Shown piece after piece: positions 18,629 to 28,143 of a stretch of 64,000 bases of DNA. Each line of letters begins with the position of its first letter. The first letter of the stretch is position 1. The notes under the pieces were generated by a model that saw nothing but the letters and a program-made list of their open reading frames with translations, did not search any database and was not told the origin of the DNA. The stretch spans positions 66,977 through 130,976 of the forward strand of contig JAIORA010000048.1 of the NCBI GenBank assembly GCA_021108375.1. Direction: 5' to 3'. The stretch comes from Anaerohalosphaeraceae bacterium (lineage in GTDB: Bacteria > Planctomycetota > Phycisphaerae > Sedimentisphaerales > UBA12454). Both the position numbers and the translations under genes were made by a program.

Positions 18629-20659
18629 TTACTCCTGAGTCTCAGATTTTTTTGCATACTGAGCAATAACCTGTTGCTGAACGTTAGAAGGGACAACCTC
18701 GTAATGACTCAATGTCATAGAGTAACTGCCCTGCCCGCCAGTAACACTCTTTAGCTGGCTATCGTAATTTGAAATCTCCGACAGCGGAACCTGAGCTTTT
18801 ATTGTTATCATATTGCCCGGAAGCATATCCTGGCCCTGTACCCTGCCGCGACGGCCGGATAGGTCGCCCGTAATATCGCCCATATAATCCGCTGGTATCG
18901 TTATTTCGATGTTAACTATCGGCTCAAGCAGGCCCGGCTTTGCCTTTTTGACAGCGTCAGCGAAAGCACCCTTGCCGGCAGCTCTAAAAGCAACTTCCTT
19001 TGAATCAACGGCATGGTACTTGCCGTCATAAATCGAAACCTTTATGTCCTGCATCGGGAAGCCGGCAATGATGCCCGTTTGCATAACATCGTGTATGCCC
19101 TTTACAACCGGAGCTTCAAACTGGCCGGGTATCGAACCGCCGAAAATGTCCCAGGTGTACTGCATTGACGGGTCGGAGCCACGCTCTGCGGGTTCGACGC
19201 GAAGATATACCTCTCCAAACTGGCCTGAACCGCCTGATTGTTTCTTATGGCGATAGTGGCCGTCAGCCTTTGCGGTAATGGTTTCCCGGTATGGAATCTT
19301 GGGCTGTTTGGTGTTGACCGAAATTTTGAATCTTTTTTCCATCTTTGAAAGCATTACTCTCAAGTGCAAATCGCCCATTCCACTGATGACAAGTTCTTTC
19401 GTCTGAACATCGTGGCTGACTTTGAAACAAGGGTCCTCTTCCATCAGCTTATCGAGAGCGGTGCCGATTTTCTGCTCATCGCCACGGGCGGCAGGCTCCA
19501 GAGCCAGGCCGTACATCGGGACGGGAGTCTCCGGCATTTTGAACCTGCCGGCAACGTTGCCATCGTGGATTAAATCGCCAATCTTCAACTCCTCAATTTT
19601 CGCCAGCATAACGATGTCGCCTGCGATAGCCTCGGGAGTTTCGGCAGTCTCAACGCCCTGAGCTTTTAGCGCGTGTCCGGGACGAATAGGTTTTTTGTCG
19701 TGATTGTGCATCATATGGGTATCAGCTTTTAGTGTTCCGCTGAAAATTCTTATCGCTGAAAACTTCATATTCGACCGCGGGTCAAAACCAACCCTAAAAA
19801 TCAATCCTGAAAGCGGCGCGGCGGGGTCAGGCTTAATTCCCGTCTCGTTTTCGCCGTCAATCAATTTGGCAGAGCCGACCTGTGCAGGCGAAGGAAGGCA
19901 ATTAACAATAAAATCGAGCAGCTCTGTTATGCCGGCATCACTTTTAGCTTCTGTAAAAATAATTGGTATTATTGTGCCTGTGGTCATAGCTTTTACGAAA
20001 ACTTCCGCGAGCTTCTCTTTTGATATTTCTTCGCCGCCAAGGTAGCTTTCCATCAACTCGTCATCGGCTTCGATGGCACTTTCGAGCAGGTCGGTATGAG
20101 CGGTGGCGACATCCATTACGGGCGAATCGCCGGAATCATTGTTTACGCAATCGATGACACCGCCTTTGCCGTCAGGAAGGTTTGCACAGCGACACTGCGA
20201 ACCGAAGGTCTGCTGGATGGCTTCAATTAATTCCGGAATATCGATATTCTCAGCGTTCATTTTATTTATAACGATGAACCTGACTTTTCCCGCGTCGCCA
20301 GCAGCGTTGAATAATCTGCGGGTGTTGACTTCGATACCGGCAGAAGCACTAATCACAATCGCGCAGGACTCCACGGCGGGAATGGCACAAAGAGCGGCAC
20401 CGACAAAATCAGGGTAGCCGGGAGTGTCTATAATATTGATAAGTTTACCATTGTGGGTTGTGTGCATCAGCGAAGAATGTATGGAATTGCCGCGTTCCTT
20501 TTCTTCTTCGTCGTAGTCAGAGACGGTGTTCTTCTCCTCGACCGTTCCTAATCTGTTTGTTTGACCGGTTTTGTTCAAAATATACTCAACCAAAGTGGTT
20601 TTTCCGGCTCCGCCGTGCCCTAACAACGCAACGTTGCGAATGTCGTCAATTCCTGCCAC
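18629..20659 (-). CDS. Elongation factor G-like paralog (EF-G2 type)
   Basis: GHGGAGKTT, DTPGY, EEDP, GMGDLHL, IPYRETI, HKKQSGGSGQFG, LLEPI. Confidence 0.92.
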   Translation of the reverse strand: MAGIDDIRNVALLGHGGAGKTTLVEYILNKTGQTNRLGTVEEKNTVSDYDEEEKERGNSIHSSLMHTTHNGKLINIIDTPGYPDFVGAALCAIPAVESCAIVISASAGIEVNTRRLFNAAGDAGKVRFIVINKMNAENIDIPELIEAIQQTFGSQCRCANLPDGKGGVIDCVNNDSGDSPVMDVATAHTDLLESAIEADDELMESYLGGEEISKEKLAEVFVKAMTTGTIIPIIFTEAKSDAGITELLDFIVNCLPSPAQVGSAKLIDGENETGIKPDPAAPLSGLIFRVGFDPRSNMKFSAIRIFSGTLKADTHMMHNHDKKPIRPGHALKAQGVETAETPEAIAGDIVMLAKIEELKIGDLIHDGNVAGRFKMPETPVPMYGLALEPAARGDEQKIGTALDKLMEEDPCFKVSHDVQTKELVISGMGDLHLRVMLSKMEKRFKISVNTKQPKIPYRETITAKADGHYRHKKQSGGSGQFGEVYLRVEPAERGSDPSMQYTWDIFGGSIPGQFEAPVVKGIHDVMQTGIIAGFPMQDIKVSIYDGKYHAVDSKEVAFRAAGKGAFADAVKKAKPGLLEPIVNIEITIPADYMGDITGDLSGRRGRVQGQDMLPGNMITIKAQVPLSEISNYDSQLKSVTGGQGSYSMTLSHYEVVPSNVQQQVIAQYAKKSETQE

Positions 20660-20829
20660 AGTAAAACTCCTCTCAAAACTCAGGGATAATTGTTACTTAA
20701 ACAGCGATAGAACAGGGAATGGTACAGCAAAAAGTTAGTTCGGGCAACATCTTTTTGAAAAGAATTGCCGAAAAACCGCCCCCAAAAAAGGGAATTTGCC
20801 ATTTCCGGCTAATTGTGTAAAAAAAAGTA

Positions 20830-20858
20830 TTGAAAGTTTGTCAATCCGGTTTTATAGT
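20830..20858 (+). promoter_or_regulatory. Sigma70 promoter of the GntR regulator
   Basis: TTGAAA-17 nt-TATAGT; the imperfect palindrome TACAG..CTGTA at about 20874-20895 may be an operator. Confidence 0.55.
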
Positions 20859-20931
20859 ATGGGGTTTGTAAAATACAGTTGGTACAAGACCTGTAATTCA
20901 GTGAACAGTACTTTAAAGAGGAGAGACTTTA

Positions 20932-22038
20932 ATGCTTGAGGACAAAAGCCCCAGTAAGCCTGTATATGCCCATATAAAGGACAAGATACAGAAAATGATT
21001 CAGGCCGAGGGTCTGGCCAGCGGAGACTTTTTGCCCCCTGTGAGAGAGTTAGCCAGCAAGTTCGGCACGACAACAGTAACGGTCAGCAGAGCGACCAGAG
21101 AACTGGCATACGAGGGAAAACTGCTGAGACTGCCAAGAAAAGGGGTCATTGTTTCGCCGCACTTCGACAACCGCGTAAACGAAAAATCCTGGGCGCTTGT
21201 ATTCCCTGGTAATGGGTATTCGTATCCTCAATTTGCCAAGGCGATACGGAATGAAGCAGAGAAAAAAGGCATCTCGGCTGACATAATTTTCTCTTTCGGC
21301 GAGCCGGAAAAGGAACGAAAATCGGTAATAGAGGCTATAAAAAACGGTGTATCGGCTGTTTTGCTGATGCCAGTGTACCCAAGCAGCAAAAATATGATAA
21401 TCCAGAATCTCAACTACCTTGCGGACCTGCCGGTACCTGTGGTCGTAATGGATTACTGGGAGCCCGAAAAGCCGATTTCCGGAGTCGATTTTGTGATGAG
21501 CGATAACTTCTCCGGAGGATACCAGGCTACGCTGCACCTGATAAGGCACGGATACAAAAAAATATCGATAGTCAATACGCCTTCAGAAACGAAACAACTG
21601 TTTACCGAGAGACAAAAAGGCTACGAAACAGCGATGGCAGATTACGGGCTGGAAGTTTTGGATTTGCCCAAAATTACCAGCGAACATCTTGAACACAAAA
21701 TTTTTGACTCCATAGAAAGACATATAACAGCAGGGGTTGAAGCCTTTTTTGTAACAAATGACTACTCGGCGACTATGCTGCTTAGCTCGCTGCGGAAAAT
21801 GAATGTGCGCGTTCCTGATGACGTTGCTTTGATTGGGTACGACAATGCTCCTTTTTCTTCCATCTCACAGCCGAGACTTACAACAATCAGGCCTAACGTG
21901 CTACAGATAGTCCAAAAAGCCTTTGAGGTACTCTGCCACCGGATGGAACATAAAACCCGCGGGAATCACCGTATAATACTTATTCGCCCTGAGATAGTTT
22001 GCAGAGAGAGTTGCGGCAAAAACTGCCATATGCGGTAA
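20932..22038 (+). CDS. GntR-HTH / LacI-type sensor regulator (AraR-like)
   Basis: GDFLPPVRELASKFGTTTVTVSRA HTH; DNFSGGYQATLHLIRHG; VPDDVALIGYDN. Confidence 0.92.
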   Translation: MLEDKSPSKPVYAHIKDKIQKMIQAEGLASGDFLPPVRELASKFGTTTVTVSRATRELAYEGKLLRLPRKGVIVSPHFDNRVNEKSWALVFPGNGYSYPQFAKAIRNEAEKKGISADIIFSFGEPEKERKSVIEAIKNGVSAVLLMPVYPSSKNMIIQNLNYLADLPVPVVVMDYWEPEKPISGVDFVMSDNFSGGYQATLHLIRHGYKKISIVNTPSETKQLFTERQKGYETAMADYGLEVLDLPKITSEHLEHKIFDSIERHITAGVEAFFVTNDYSATMLLSSLRKMNVRVPDDVALIGYDNAPFSSISQPRLTTIRPNVLQIVQKAFEVLCHRMEHKTRGNHRIILIRPEIVCRESCGKNCHMR

Positions 22039-22060
22039 ATCAGGGCGAACAAACACAAAT

Positions 22061-22335
22061 TATTAACCGCGGATTTCACAGATTACGCGGATTTAATCAA
22101 GAAGGTAGAAGGCAGAATCGCCTCGCAATGACAACAACATTGTCCGGCCGCTTCCGCGGCTCGGCTACTAAGCGATGGGAAAAATTGAAATAATTCGCAA
22201 ATACGAACCCCTGCCATAGTAATGGCAGGGCTAACCATTCCGGCGACTTACGTCGCTCGGCTTCTAACAGAAAACACGAACCCCGGCAAACAAGTTGCCG
22301 AGGTTAAATAGATTTCTCTCCCGATAAATCGGGAC
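22061..22335. repeat. Intergenic repeat mosaic
   Basis: CACAGATTACGCGGATT, CCTCGCAATGACA, GTAG-type REP 22141-22169, hairpins 22206-22234 and 22279-22307, CCCGATAAATCGGG. Confidence 0.85.
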
Positions 22336-22343
22336 CAACTTAA

Positions 22344-22414
22344 CTGGGGAACCAGGATTCGAACCTGGAGTAAGTGATTCAGAGTCACTCGTGCTACCGT
22401 TACACTATTCCCCA
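22344..22414 (-). tRNA. tRNA-Gln(CTG)
   Basis: TGGGGAA...TTCCCCA stem; AGTGA-CTCTGAA-TCACT; GGTTCGAATCC. Confidence 0.96.
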
Positions 22415-22483
22415 AATCGGCTCGTACTTTACAACCAATCAGCAATAATTTCAAGGAAATTAAAGTAATAAAATATTTGGCGG

Positions 22484-22512
22484 TTGACATGGCATAAATT
22501 TTATAATAATCT
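22484..22512 (+). promoter_or_regulatory. Probable sigma70 promoter of the kinase operon
   Basis: TTGACA-17 nt-TAATCT. Confidence 0.45.
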
Positions 22513-22671
22513 TCACAGTCTATCGGTTCGGCACTGGCAACACCGACCGACAGGCCCGCAATCGCGGGCAAAGCCAAGAACACCGGCGAAGGAACATCCT
22601 ATATTTTGTACATCTGCAACTTTGTTATTCATCTTAAAATGCTCTAAAAAATACTGAGCCAAAAATAGTTT

Positions 22672-25038
22672 TTGTGTGCGCTGGCTATGGTTAGAAAGAG
22701 AAAAAAACTATTGGGGAGCGAAAAGGGAACGGGCAAAGTTTCGTTGCTGTTTGCCTATGTAATCGTCCTGGTTGCGATTCTGTACATTTTCACAATTATC
22801 AACCAATTAGCGAACCATCCTGAGAAGCCGAAATTATTCAGTGAATTAATTTTTACAATTGCCATAGTATCTACCGCTATGGCGATATTTTTGATATCAA
22901 AATGGTACGAGCTGAACAACACACAAAAAGAACTTAAAGCCCAGAACGAAAAACTTAAACTTCAGGCAATGCTGCTCAATGAAATAGGCGACGGAATTAC
23001 CGCGACCGATCTGGATGGCAATATCACATACGTCAATAAAGCTTCGGCAAGACATATCGGAAGAACGCCGGAAGAAATCATCGGTAAAACGGTCGATTTT
23101 TACGACGATAATCCTGCCTTGGGAGCAACACAGCAGGAAATAAAAAATACAACTCTTTTCAAGGGCGAGTGGAAAGGCGAAGTAGTCAACAGAACCAAAG
23201 ACGGCCACGAAGTGATACTGGAATGCCATACGTGGCTGATAACAGACGAGCAGGACAGGCCGAGCGGAATGTGCGGTATTTCCAGAAATATAATGGAACG
23301 AAAAATTCAGCAAATGGAACTGCTGAAACGCAAACGGTACCTTGAAGCACTGGATGAATTATCCACCCTTTTGCTGCCCTCGACAGAGGAGGCCCGTTTT
23401 GAAGATTTTCTGTCAATTGTCGGCCCTGTATCGGGCGCTTCCTGTGTGAGTATTATATTAAGGCCGCTCGGAAATAATGGGGATGATACATTAATTCATC
23501 TTTTGGCAAGATGGACAAAAAATGGGATGGTAAAAAACTTTTCGAGCAATCCAAAACGGCACAACTTTTTCATTAATACGATATGGCCCAAAGTATATAA
23601 AGAGTTTTTGCGGGAAAAATCCTGTTATATTGCCATCAATAAAACACTCCCCAAAGAAGAGTTGGAATTCTGGCGGGAAGGCAATATCAAAAGCGTAATA
23701 GCTATACCGATAATAATCGATGGTGAGATATTCGGCTTTGTCGCTTTTGACAACTGTGAAGAAATCAAAAAGTGGCCCAAACTCGAAATGGATTTTCTGA
23801 ACTCCGCCGTTTCCAATTTGTCCCACACTATAAAACGCAGGCAAATCAAAGAACAGCTCGTAACACAGAGAGATTTTGCCAAAAAAATCATTGAATCGGC
23901 ACAGGCGATAGTTTTGGTACTCGATAAAGATGCCAATATAGTGCAATTTAACCCCTATTTCGAGAAAATTTCCGGATACAAACTCGAAGAGGTCAAGGGC
24001 AAATGCTGGTTCGACACGCTCCTTCTGCCCGAAGACCGACAAAGGATACGAGATGCATTCAACCAGGCTGCTTCGTCGATTGATGTTAAAGGCAAAATTA
24101 ATCCAATTGTTACCAAAAACGGTCATATCAGGCATATCGAGTGGCGAAGCAGAACTCTTAAAGACTCAAACGGCAAGGTGATAAGCATTCTTTCGACTGG
24201 ACAGGATGTGACAGAGAGAATGCAAAATGAGCAGAAATTAAGAGATGGCCATCTGGAACTCGAAAGACAGGTCAATTCACGAACAGCAGAGCTTCGCAAT
24301 ACTAATCTTGAACTCCTGGAAGCTATCCAGGCAAGAAATCATATCGAAAAAATCCTAAAGGAAACAGAGAAGCTGGCCGCCGCCGGCAAACTGGCAGCTC
24401 AGATCGCACACGAAATCAACAACCCTCTCGCGGGAATAAAAAATTCCTTTCTGCTTATAAAAGACGCTATACCTGCTGAGCACAAATATTTTGAATATGT
24501 AGGTATGATAGACAGGGAAATAACGAGAGTTTCTCAAATTGTAAGACATATGTTCGACCTGTATCGACCCGACACTCAGTCTGCTGAAAGGTTTCGGGTT
24601 GGAGATACTATCAGGGAAGTTGTAACGCTGCTGAAAGCAGCTATGAATGAGAAAAATATCAAACTGGACGTTATCTGTGATGAGAATATGAAGGTCGTGC
24701 TTTCAGAAGCCCTTTTCAGACAGGTGATTTATAACCTGCTTCAAAATGCCGTGGAGGCTTCGCCTGAGAACGCGACGGTGAGCATTGAGGCAGGGACAAA
24801 CAATGGGCATTTAAAACTTGCCATAGCCGACAATGGACGCGGTATTGATGACAGTATAAAAGAAAAGATATTCGACTCATTTTTTACCACCGGCCAGGGC
24901 GGCCCCAGAAGCGGACTGGGGCTTGGGCTTGCGATTACAAAAGATATTGTAAGTGCTATGCGGGGTAAGATTGATTTTGTAAGCAAAGTAAACAAGGGGA
25001 CAACCTTTAATATAGAAATACCGGCAAAATATGATTGA
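22672..25038 (+). CDS. Membrane PAS-GAF-PAS sensor histidine kinase
   Basis: Two TM helices; PAS motifs; IAHEINNPL H-box; NLLQNA, DNGRGI, FFTT, GLGLGL. Confidence 0.95.
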   Translation: MCALAMVRKRKKLLGSEKGTGKVSLLFAYVIVLVAILYIFTIINQLANHPEKPKLFSELIFTIAIVSTAMAIFLISKWYELNNTQKELKAQNEKLKLQAMLLNEIGDGITATDLDGNITYVNKASARHIGRTPEEIIGKTVDFYDDNPALGATQQEIKNTTLFKGEWKGEVVNRTKDGHEVILECHTWLITDEQDRPSGMCGISRNIMERKIQQMELLKRKRYLEALDELSTLLLPSTEEARFEDFLSIVGPVSGASCVSIILRPLGNNGDDTLIHLLARWTKNGMVKNFSSNPKRHNFFINTIWPKVYKEFLREKSCYIAINKTLPKEELEFWREGNIKSVIAIPIIIDGEIFGFVAFDNCEEIKKWPKLEMDFLNSAVSNLSHTIKRRQIKEQLVTQRDFAKKIIESAQAIVLVLDKDANIVQFNPYFEKISGYKLEEVKGKCWFDTLLLPEDRQRIRDAFNQAASSIDVKGKINPIVTKNGHIRHIEWRSRTLKDSNGKVISILSTGQDVTERMQNEQKLRDGHLELERQVNSRTAELRNTNLELLEAIQARNHIEKILKETEKLAAAGKLAAQIAHEINNPLAGIKNSFLLIKDAIPAEHKYFEYVGMIDREITRVSQIVRHMFDLYRPDTQSAERFRVGDTIREVVTLLKAAMNEKNIKLDVICDENMKVVLSEALFRQVIYNLLQNAVEASPENATVSIEAGTNNGHLKLAIADNGRGIDDSIKEKIFDSFFTTGQGGPRSGLGLGLAITKDIVSAMRGKIDFVSKVNKGTTFNIEIPAKYD

Positions 25039-25795
25039 TGATAAATTAAAAAAAGGCAATTTCGGCAGGATACTACTCGCGGATGATGAGGATACTTTTC
25101 TCAAAGCAACCGCGGAGCTTATCCGTAAAGAAAACTACTCGTGCGATTGTGCAAATACCGGCAAAGAAGCTATCGAGAAGATGGCTGCTGAAGATTATGA
25201 TGTTCTTGTCGCTGATATAAAAATGCCCGGCAATACGAATCTGGAAATGATACGGGAAATTGCCAGAATCAGGCCTGGTATAGAAATGATACTGATAACC
25301 GGCTACCCCACGCAGCAAAGTGCTATCGATGCCATTCATATGCCCGTCTCTGTGTATATGATTAAGCCGATAGATTTTGACGAACTTTTGAATAACATAT
25401 CAAAGGCGATGAAAAACCGCATCCTTCACAGGACTGTTGTGCAGACAAAACAGAACCTTACTCAGTGGCTGGCAGAAATACAACGCATTGAAGGCAGCCT
25501 GGCAGGAGCCAACCCTGAGATATTCAAAACAGCCTTGAAAAGTTATCTTGAAATAACGACCGCTCGAATAAATACAACCTTTTCAGAAATTCGCAGGATT
25601 ACCGGGATATTCGACACGTTTAACAACACCCCCGTTTGCAATATGATGCAATGTCCCAATCTGAATGAACTGAGCGATGCAATCAGGCAGGCAATTGAAA
25701 GTATCAAAACAACAAAAGATGCCCACCGGTCAAAACAGTTGGGACAATTGCGAACAAAATTGGAGAAACTGGAAAAAAACATAACAAAAATTTAA
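25031..25795 (+). CDS. Response regulator with uncharacterised helical output domain
   Basis: ILLADDE, ADIKMPG, ITGY, IKPID. Confidence 0.9.
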   Translation: MIDDKLKKGNFGRILLADDEDTFLKATAELIRKENYSCDCANTGKEAIEKMAAEDYDVLVADIKMPGNTNLEMIREIARIRPGIEMILITGYPTQQSAIDAIHMPVSVYMIKPIDFDELLNNISKAMKNRILHRTVVQTKQNLTQWLAEIQRIEGSLAGANPEIFKTALKSYLEITTARINTTFSEIRRITGIFDTFNNTPVCNMMQCPNLNELSDAIRQAIESIKTTKDAHRSKQLGQLRTKLEKLEKNITKI

Positions 25796-26086
25796 GACTT
25801 CTTGGCCTTTTATGCCGATAATATCCGTATAACAAGGAGCAATTTCACCGCTGCCCTTTAGGGCAATAAAATGCGTACTGTGTTATGACAACGAAAAACT
25901 TTTTGTAAAACAATGCAGGTGCGTGTATTATTTTCGACAGGGAGAAACGAGCATTGTAATCTGAAATATCTCTGTGTGCAAAACCCGAAATAAATTTTAC
26001 GGCATAACGAATTTCCATAGGATGTTGTTTATCCGGGACAAGAACACAACGATATTAATAGTAAGCATCTACTGAAAGGAACTGCT

Positions 26087-26833
26087 ATGCCAACTTTGGG
26101 AAAGATATTGCTCGCGGACGATGAACAAATTTTCCGCGACTCCACAGCCGAACTCCTCAGGCGAGAAGGTTATCACTGCGATTGTGTGCCGGATGCGCAC
26201 GCAGCAGCGGAGAAATTAACGAAAGAATCCTACGACTTGCTGATAGCCGATATTAAAATGCCGGGCAATCCTGACCTCGAACTCATTAAAAAACTCTCCG
26301 AGTTGGCCAAGGGTACCCCTGCTATACTGGTAACAGCTTTTCCAACACAATCGTCAGCGATAGAATCAGTAAGATTGCCAGTCTCGGCATATATGGTAAA
26401 ACCCATAGATTTCGAAGAACTCAAAAATAATGTTGAAGCGGCAATAAGAAAAAAACAACTGTTCAATACCGTCCTGAATACCAGAACAAGACTTGAGCAA
26501 TGGCATAGCGACATCGAGCAAATGGAAAAATTTTCGCGGGAAAACGAGGATAAAGAGTTTACGGCATCAGTAAAGAACTTTCTTGACCTGACGCTGTGTA
26601 ATATCAGTGCTGCTTTTTCGGATGTCAAAAACCTCACTGCAATACTAACCGATGAAACTTCGACTCCGCCAATATGCAATCTGATGAGCTGTCCTAAACT
26701 GTCAAAAATGAGCGACGGGATTCTTGAAACAGTAAGAACGCTTGAAAAAACAAAAAGCTCGTTTAAGTCCAAAGAATTGGGACTGTTACGAGAAAAACTG
26801 GAAGAAATCCTCAGAAAAAACAAAAAAGTTTAA
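26087..26833 (+). CDS. Response regulator, paralog of 25031..25795
   Basis: ILLADDE, ADIKMPG, VTAF, VKPID; similar to the paralog over its full length. Confidence 0.9.
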   Translation: MPTLGKILLADDEQIFRDSTAELLRREGYHCDCVPDAHAAAEKLTKESYDLLIADIKMPGNPDLELIKKLSELAKGTPAILVTAFPTQSSAIESVRLPVSAYMVKPIDFEELKNNVEAAIRKKQLFNTVLNTRTRLEQWHSDIEQMEKFSRENEDKEFTASVKNFLDLTLCNISAAFSDVKNLTAILTDETSTPPICNLMSCPKLSKMSDGILETVRTLEKTKSSFKSKELGLLREKLEEILRKNKKV

Positions 26834-26944
26834 ACTATATCGGCGGTTTACCCGATATCTATTCGTATAGAGATATATAAACAACGAGCTGGCCATATAA
26901 AAGGCTGTCTCGCCTTTGCGTGCAGGTAATAGACTGGTAAGCAG

Positions 26945-27008
26945 AAGGCACAATCAATATGAGGGTTGGAAATTTTCCGACTCCCCTGTTGGCTGTGCCT
27001 TTTTTTTT
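26945..27008 (+). terminator. Long-stem intrinsic terminator
   Basis: AGGCACA...TGTGCCT closing stem, inner GTTGGAA/TTCCGAC pairing, followed by a T-run. Confidence 0.7.
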
Positions 27009-27135
27009 GCACTATTAAGTATCCATAAAGGGTAATAAAATGCGGGTTGCGGGCGCATAGTTTAAAAATGAACCAAAGGTTATTAAAAAGATAGCGAATT
27101 TATTGATTCAGAATTGGTATAAGAGGAAATTTTAA

Positions 27136-27543
27136 GTGTTTGAAGAAAACAACGAAAATAAAATTTTTATCCAGCCTGAATATCTAAGGACAAATGAGCC
27201 TGCCTCAGCAGAGATAGACCTTTATACGTCATTGTCCATTTTCGTCAGTAAGATGCCGAAAATAATTTCCTCTATGCACGATGCCCTCGATAGCGAAAAT
27301 ACCGAACTGCTGAGCGAATTAACAGAACAATTTGAAACGCAGTGCGAAAATGTGTTTCTGAGCAAACTGGCGGAAAAGGCACAAGGACTTCAAAACACGA
27401 TAGAAAATTGCAATTTGCGTAAAATAAGAAAGATGCTCGAAGAACTTAGCCATATGTGCGAATGTATGGCTCTTTCCAAGCCTGAAACTGTTTCGATGCT
27501 TGTGAGAATAAATAAAAAACATAAAGGCGCAAAAGTCGGCTGA
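27136..27543 (+). CDS. Hpt-like helical protein lacking the phosphoacceptor His
   Basis: FVSKMPKIISSMHDALDSENTELLSELTEQFETQCENVFLSKLAEKAQGLQ follows Hpt spacing; AGAGG RBS, GTG start. Confidence 0.55.
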   Translation: MFEENNENKIFIQPEYLRTNEPASAEIDLYTSLSIFVSKMPKIISSMHDALDSENTELLSELTEQFETQCENVFLSKLAEKAQGLQNTIENCNLRKIRKMLEELSHMCECMALSKPETVSMLVRINKKHKGAKVG

Positions 27544-27593
27544 TAAGTTACAGCTATTTTTGCCAGAAAATATTTTTTGGCTCCCTTTTCAAC

Positions 27594-27918
27594 TCGGTTG
27601 GCGGGCGGATGTCGCAAGGCAGGCCGCCCGTCGAATCATTAGGCGTCTACCATACCAAATACGAATAATAAATGCGCATATACGTCATTATGAGCGAAGT
27701 AACAACGGCCCCTCATAGTGATGAGGGGGCTAAACGAAAAAAATAGATTGCCACGGCAAAGGGTAGTTTTGAGTTTTGAGTCCTTAGCTTTGAGTTGAGG
27801 AATCCCGATAAATCGGGATGGATTTTTAATAAAAAGCACGGCCTCGCAATGACAACAACCTTATCCGGCAGCTTCCGCTGCTCGGCTGCTATTCCGGCGA
27901 CCTACGTCGCTCGGCTTT
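27594..27918. repeat. Intergenic repeat mosaic
   Basis: Hairpin 27709-27733, a near-copy of the 15953-16037 block, two TCCGGC..GCTCGGCT REPs, and an inverted copy of 12484-12510. Confidence 0.85.
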
Positions 27919-27990
27919 TAAGCGATAGAATCGGTATTGATATTAGAGCCTTCTTGATTTCCAGGCAGATTTCGGCTATATAATCATATT

Positions 27991-28143
27991 ATGGAAACTG
28001 ATATGATAATTGGAATCGTTGCTTTGCTCGTCTCTGTAACACTGCTGGTGGGGTTGGGTGTGTGGGCACGGAGAATAATAAACAGAATGGCACGCGAAAA
28101 GTTCAGCTCAGCCAGGCACGCTATAAAGGAACTTAATGGCTGA
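27991..28143 (+). CDS. Small single-pass membrane protein (50 aa), below the ORF-track cut-off
   Basis: METDMIIGIVALLVSVTLLVGLGVWARRIINRMAREKFSSARHAIKELNG*; overlaps the permease start. Confidence 0.5.
   Translation: METDMIIGIVALLVSVTLLVGLGVWARRIINRMAREKFSSARHAIKELNG

Noticed and set aside
22248-22583. 111-aa ORF with signal-like N-terminus
   Set aside because: It spans tRNA-Gln, a promoter and REP repeats, so it is most likely spurious
22530-22590. c-di-GMP-I riboswitch (GGCAA...GCAAAGCC resemblance)
   Set aside because: It lacks the GAAA tetraloop/receptor arrangement and a convincing second stem; kept only as an unclassified leader
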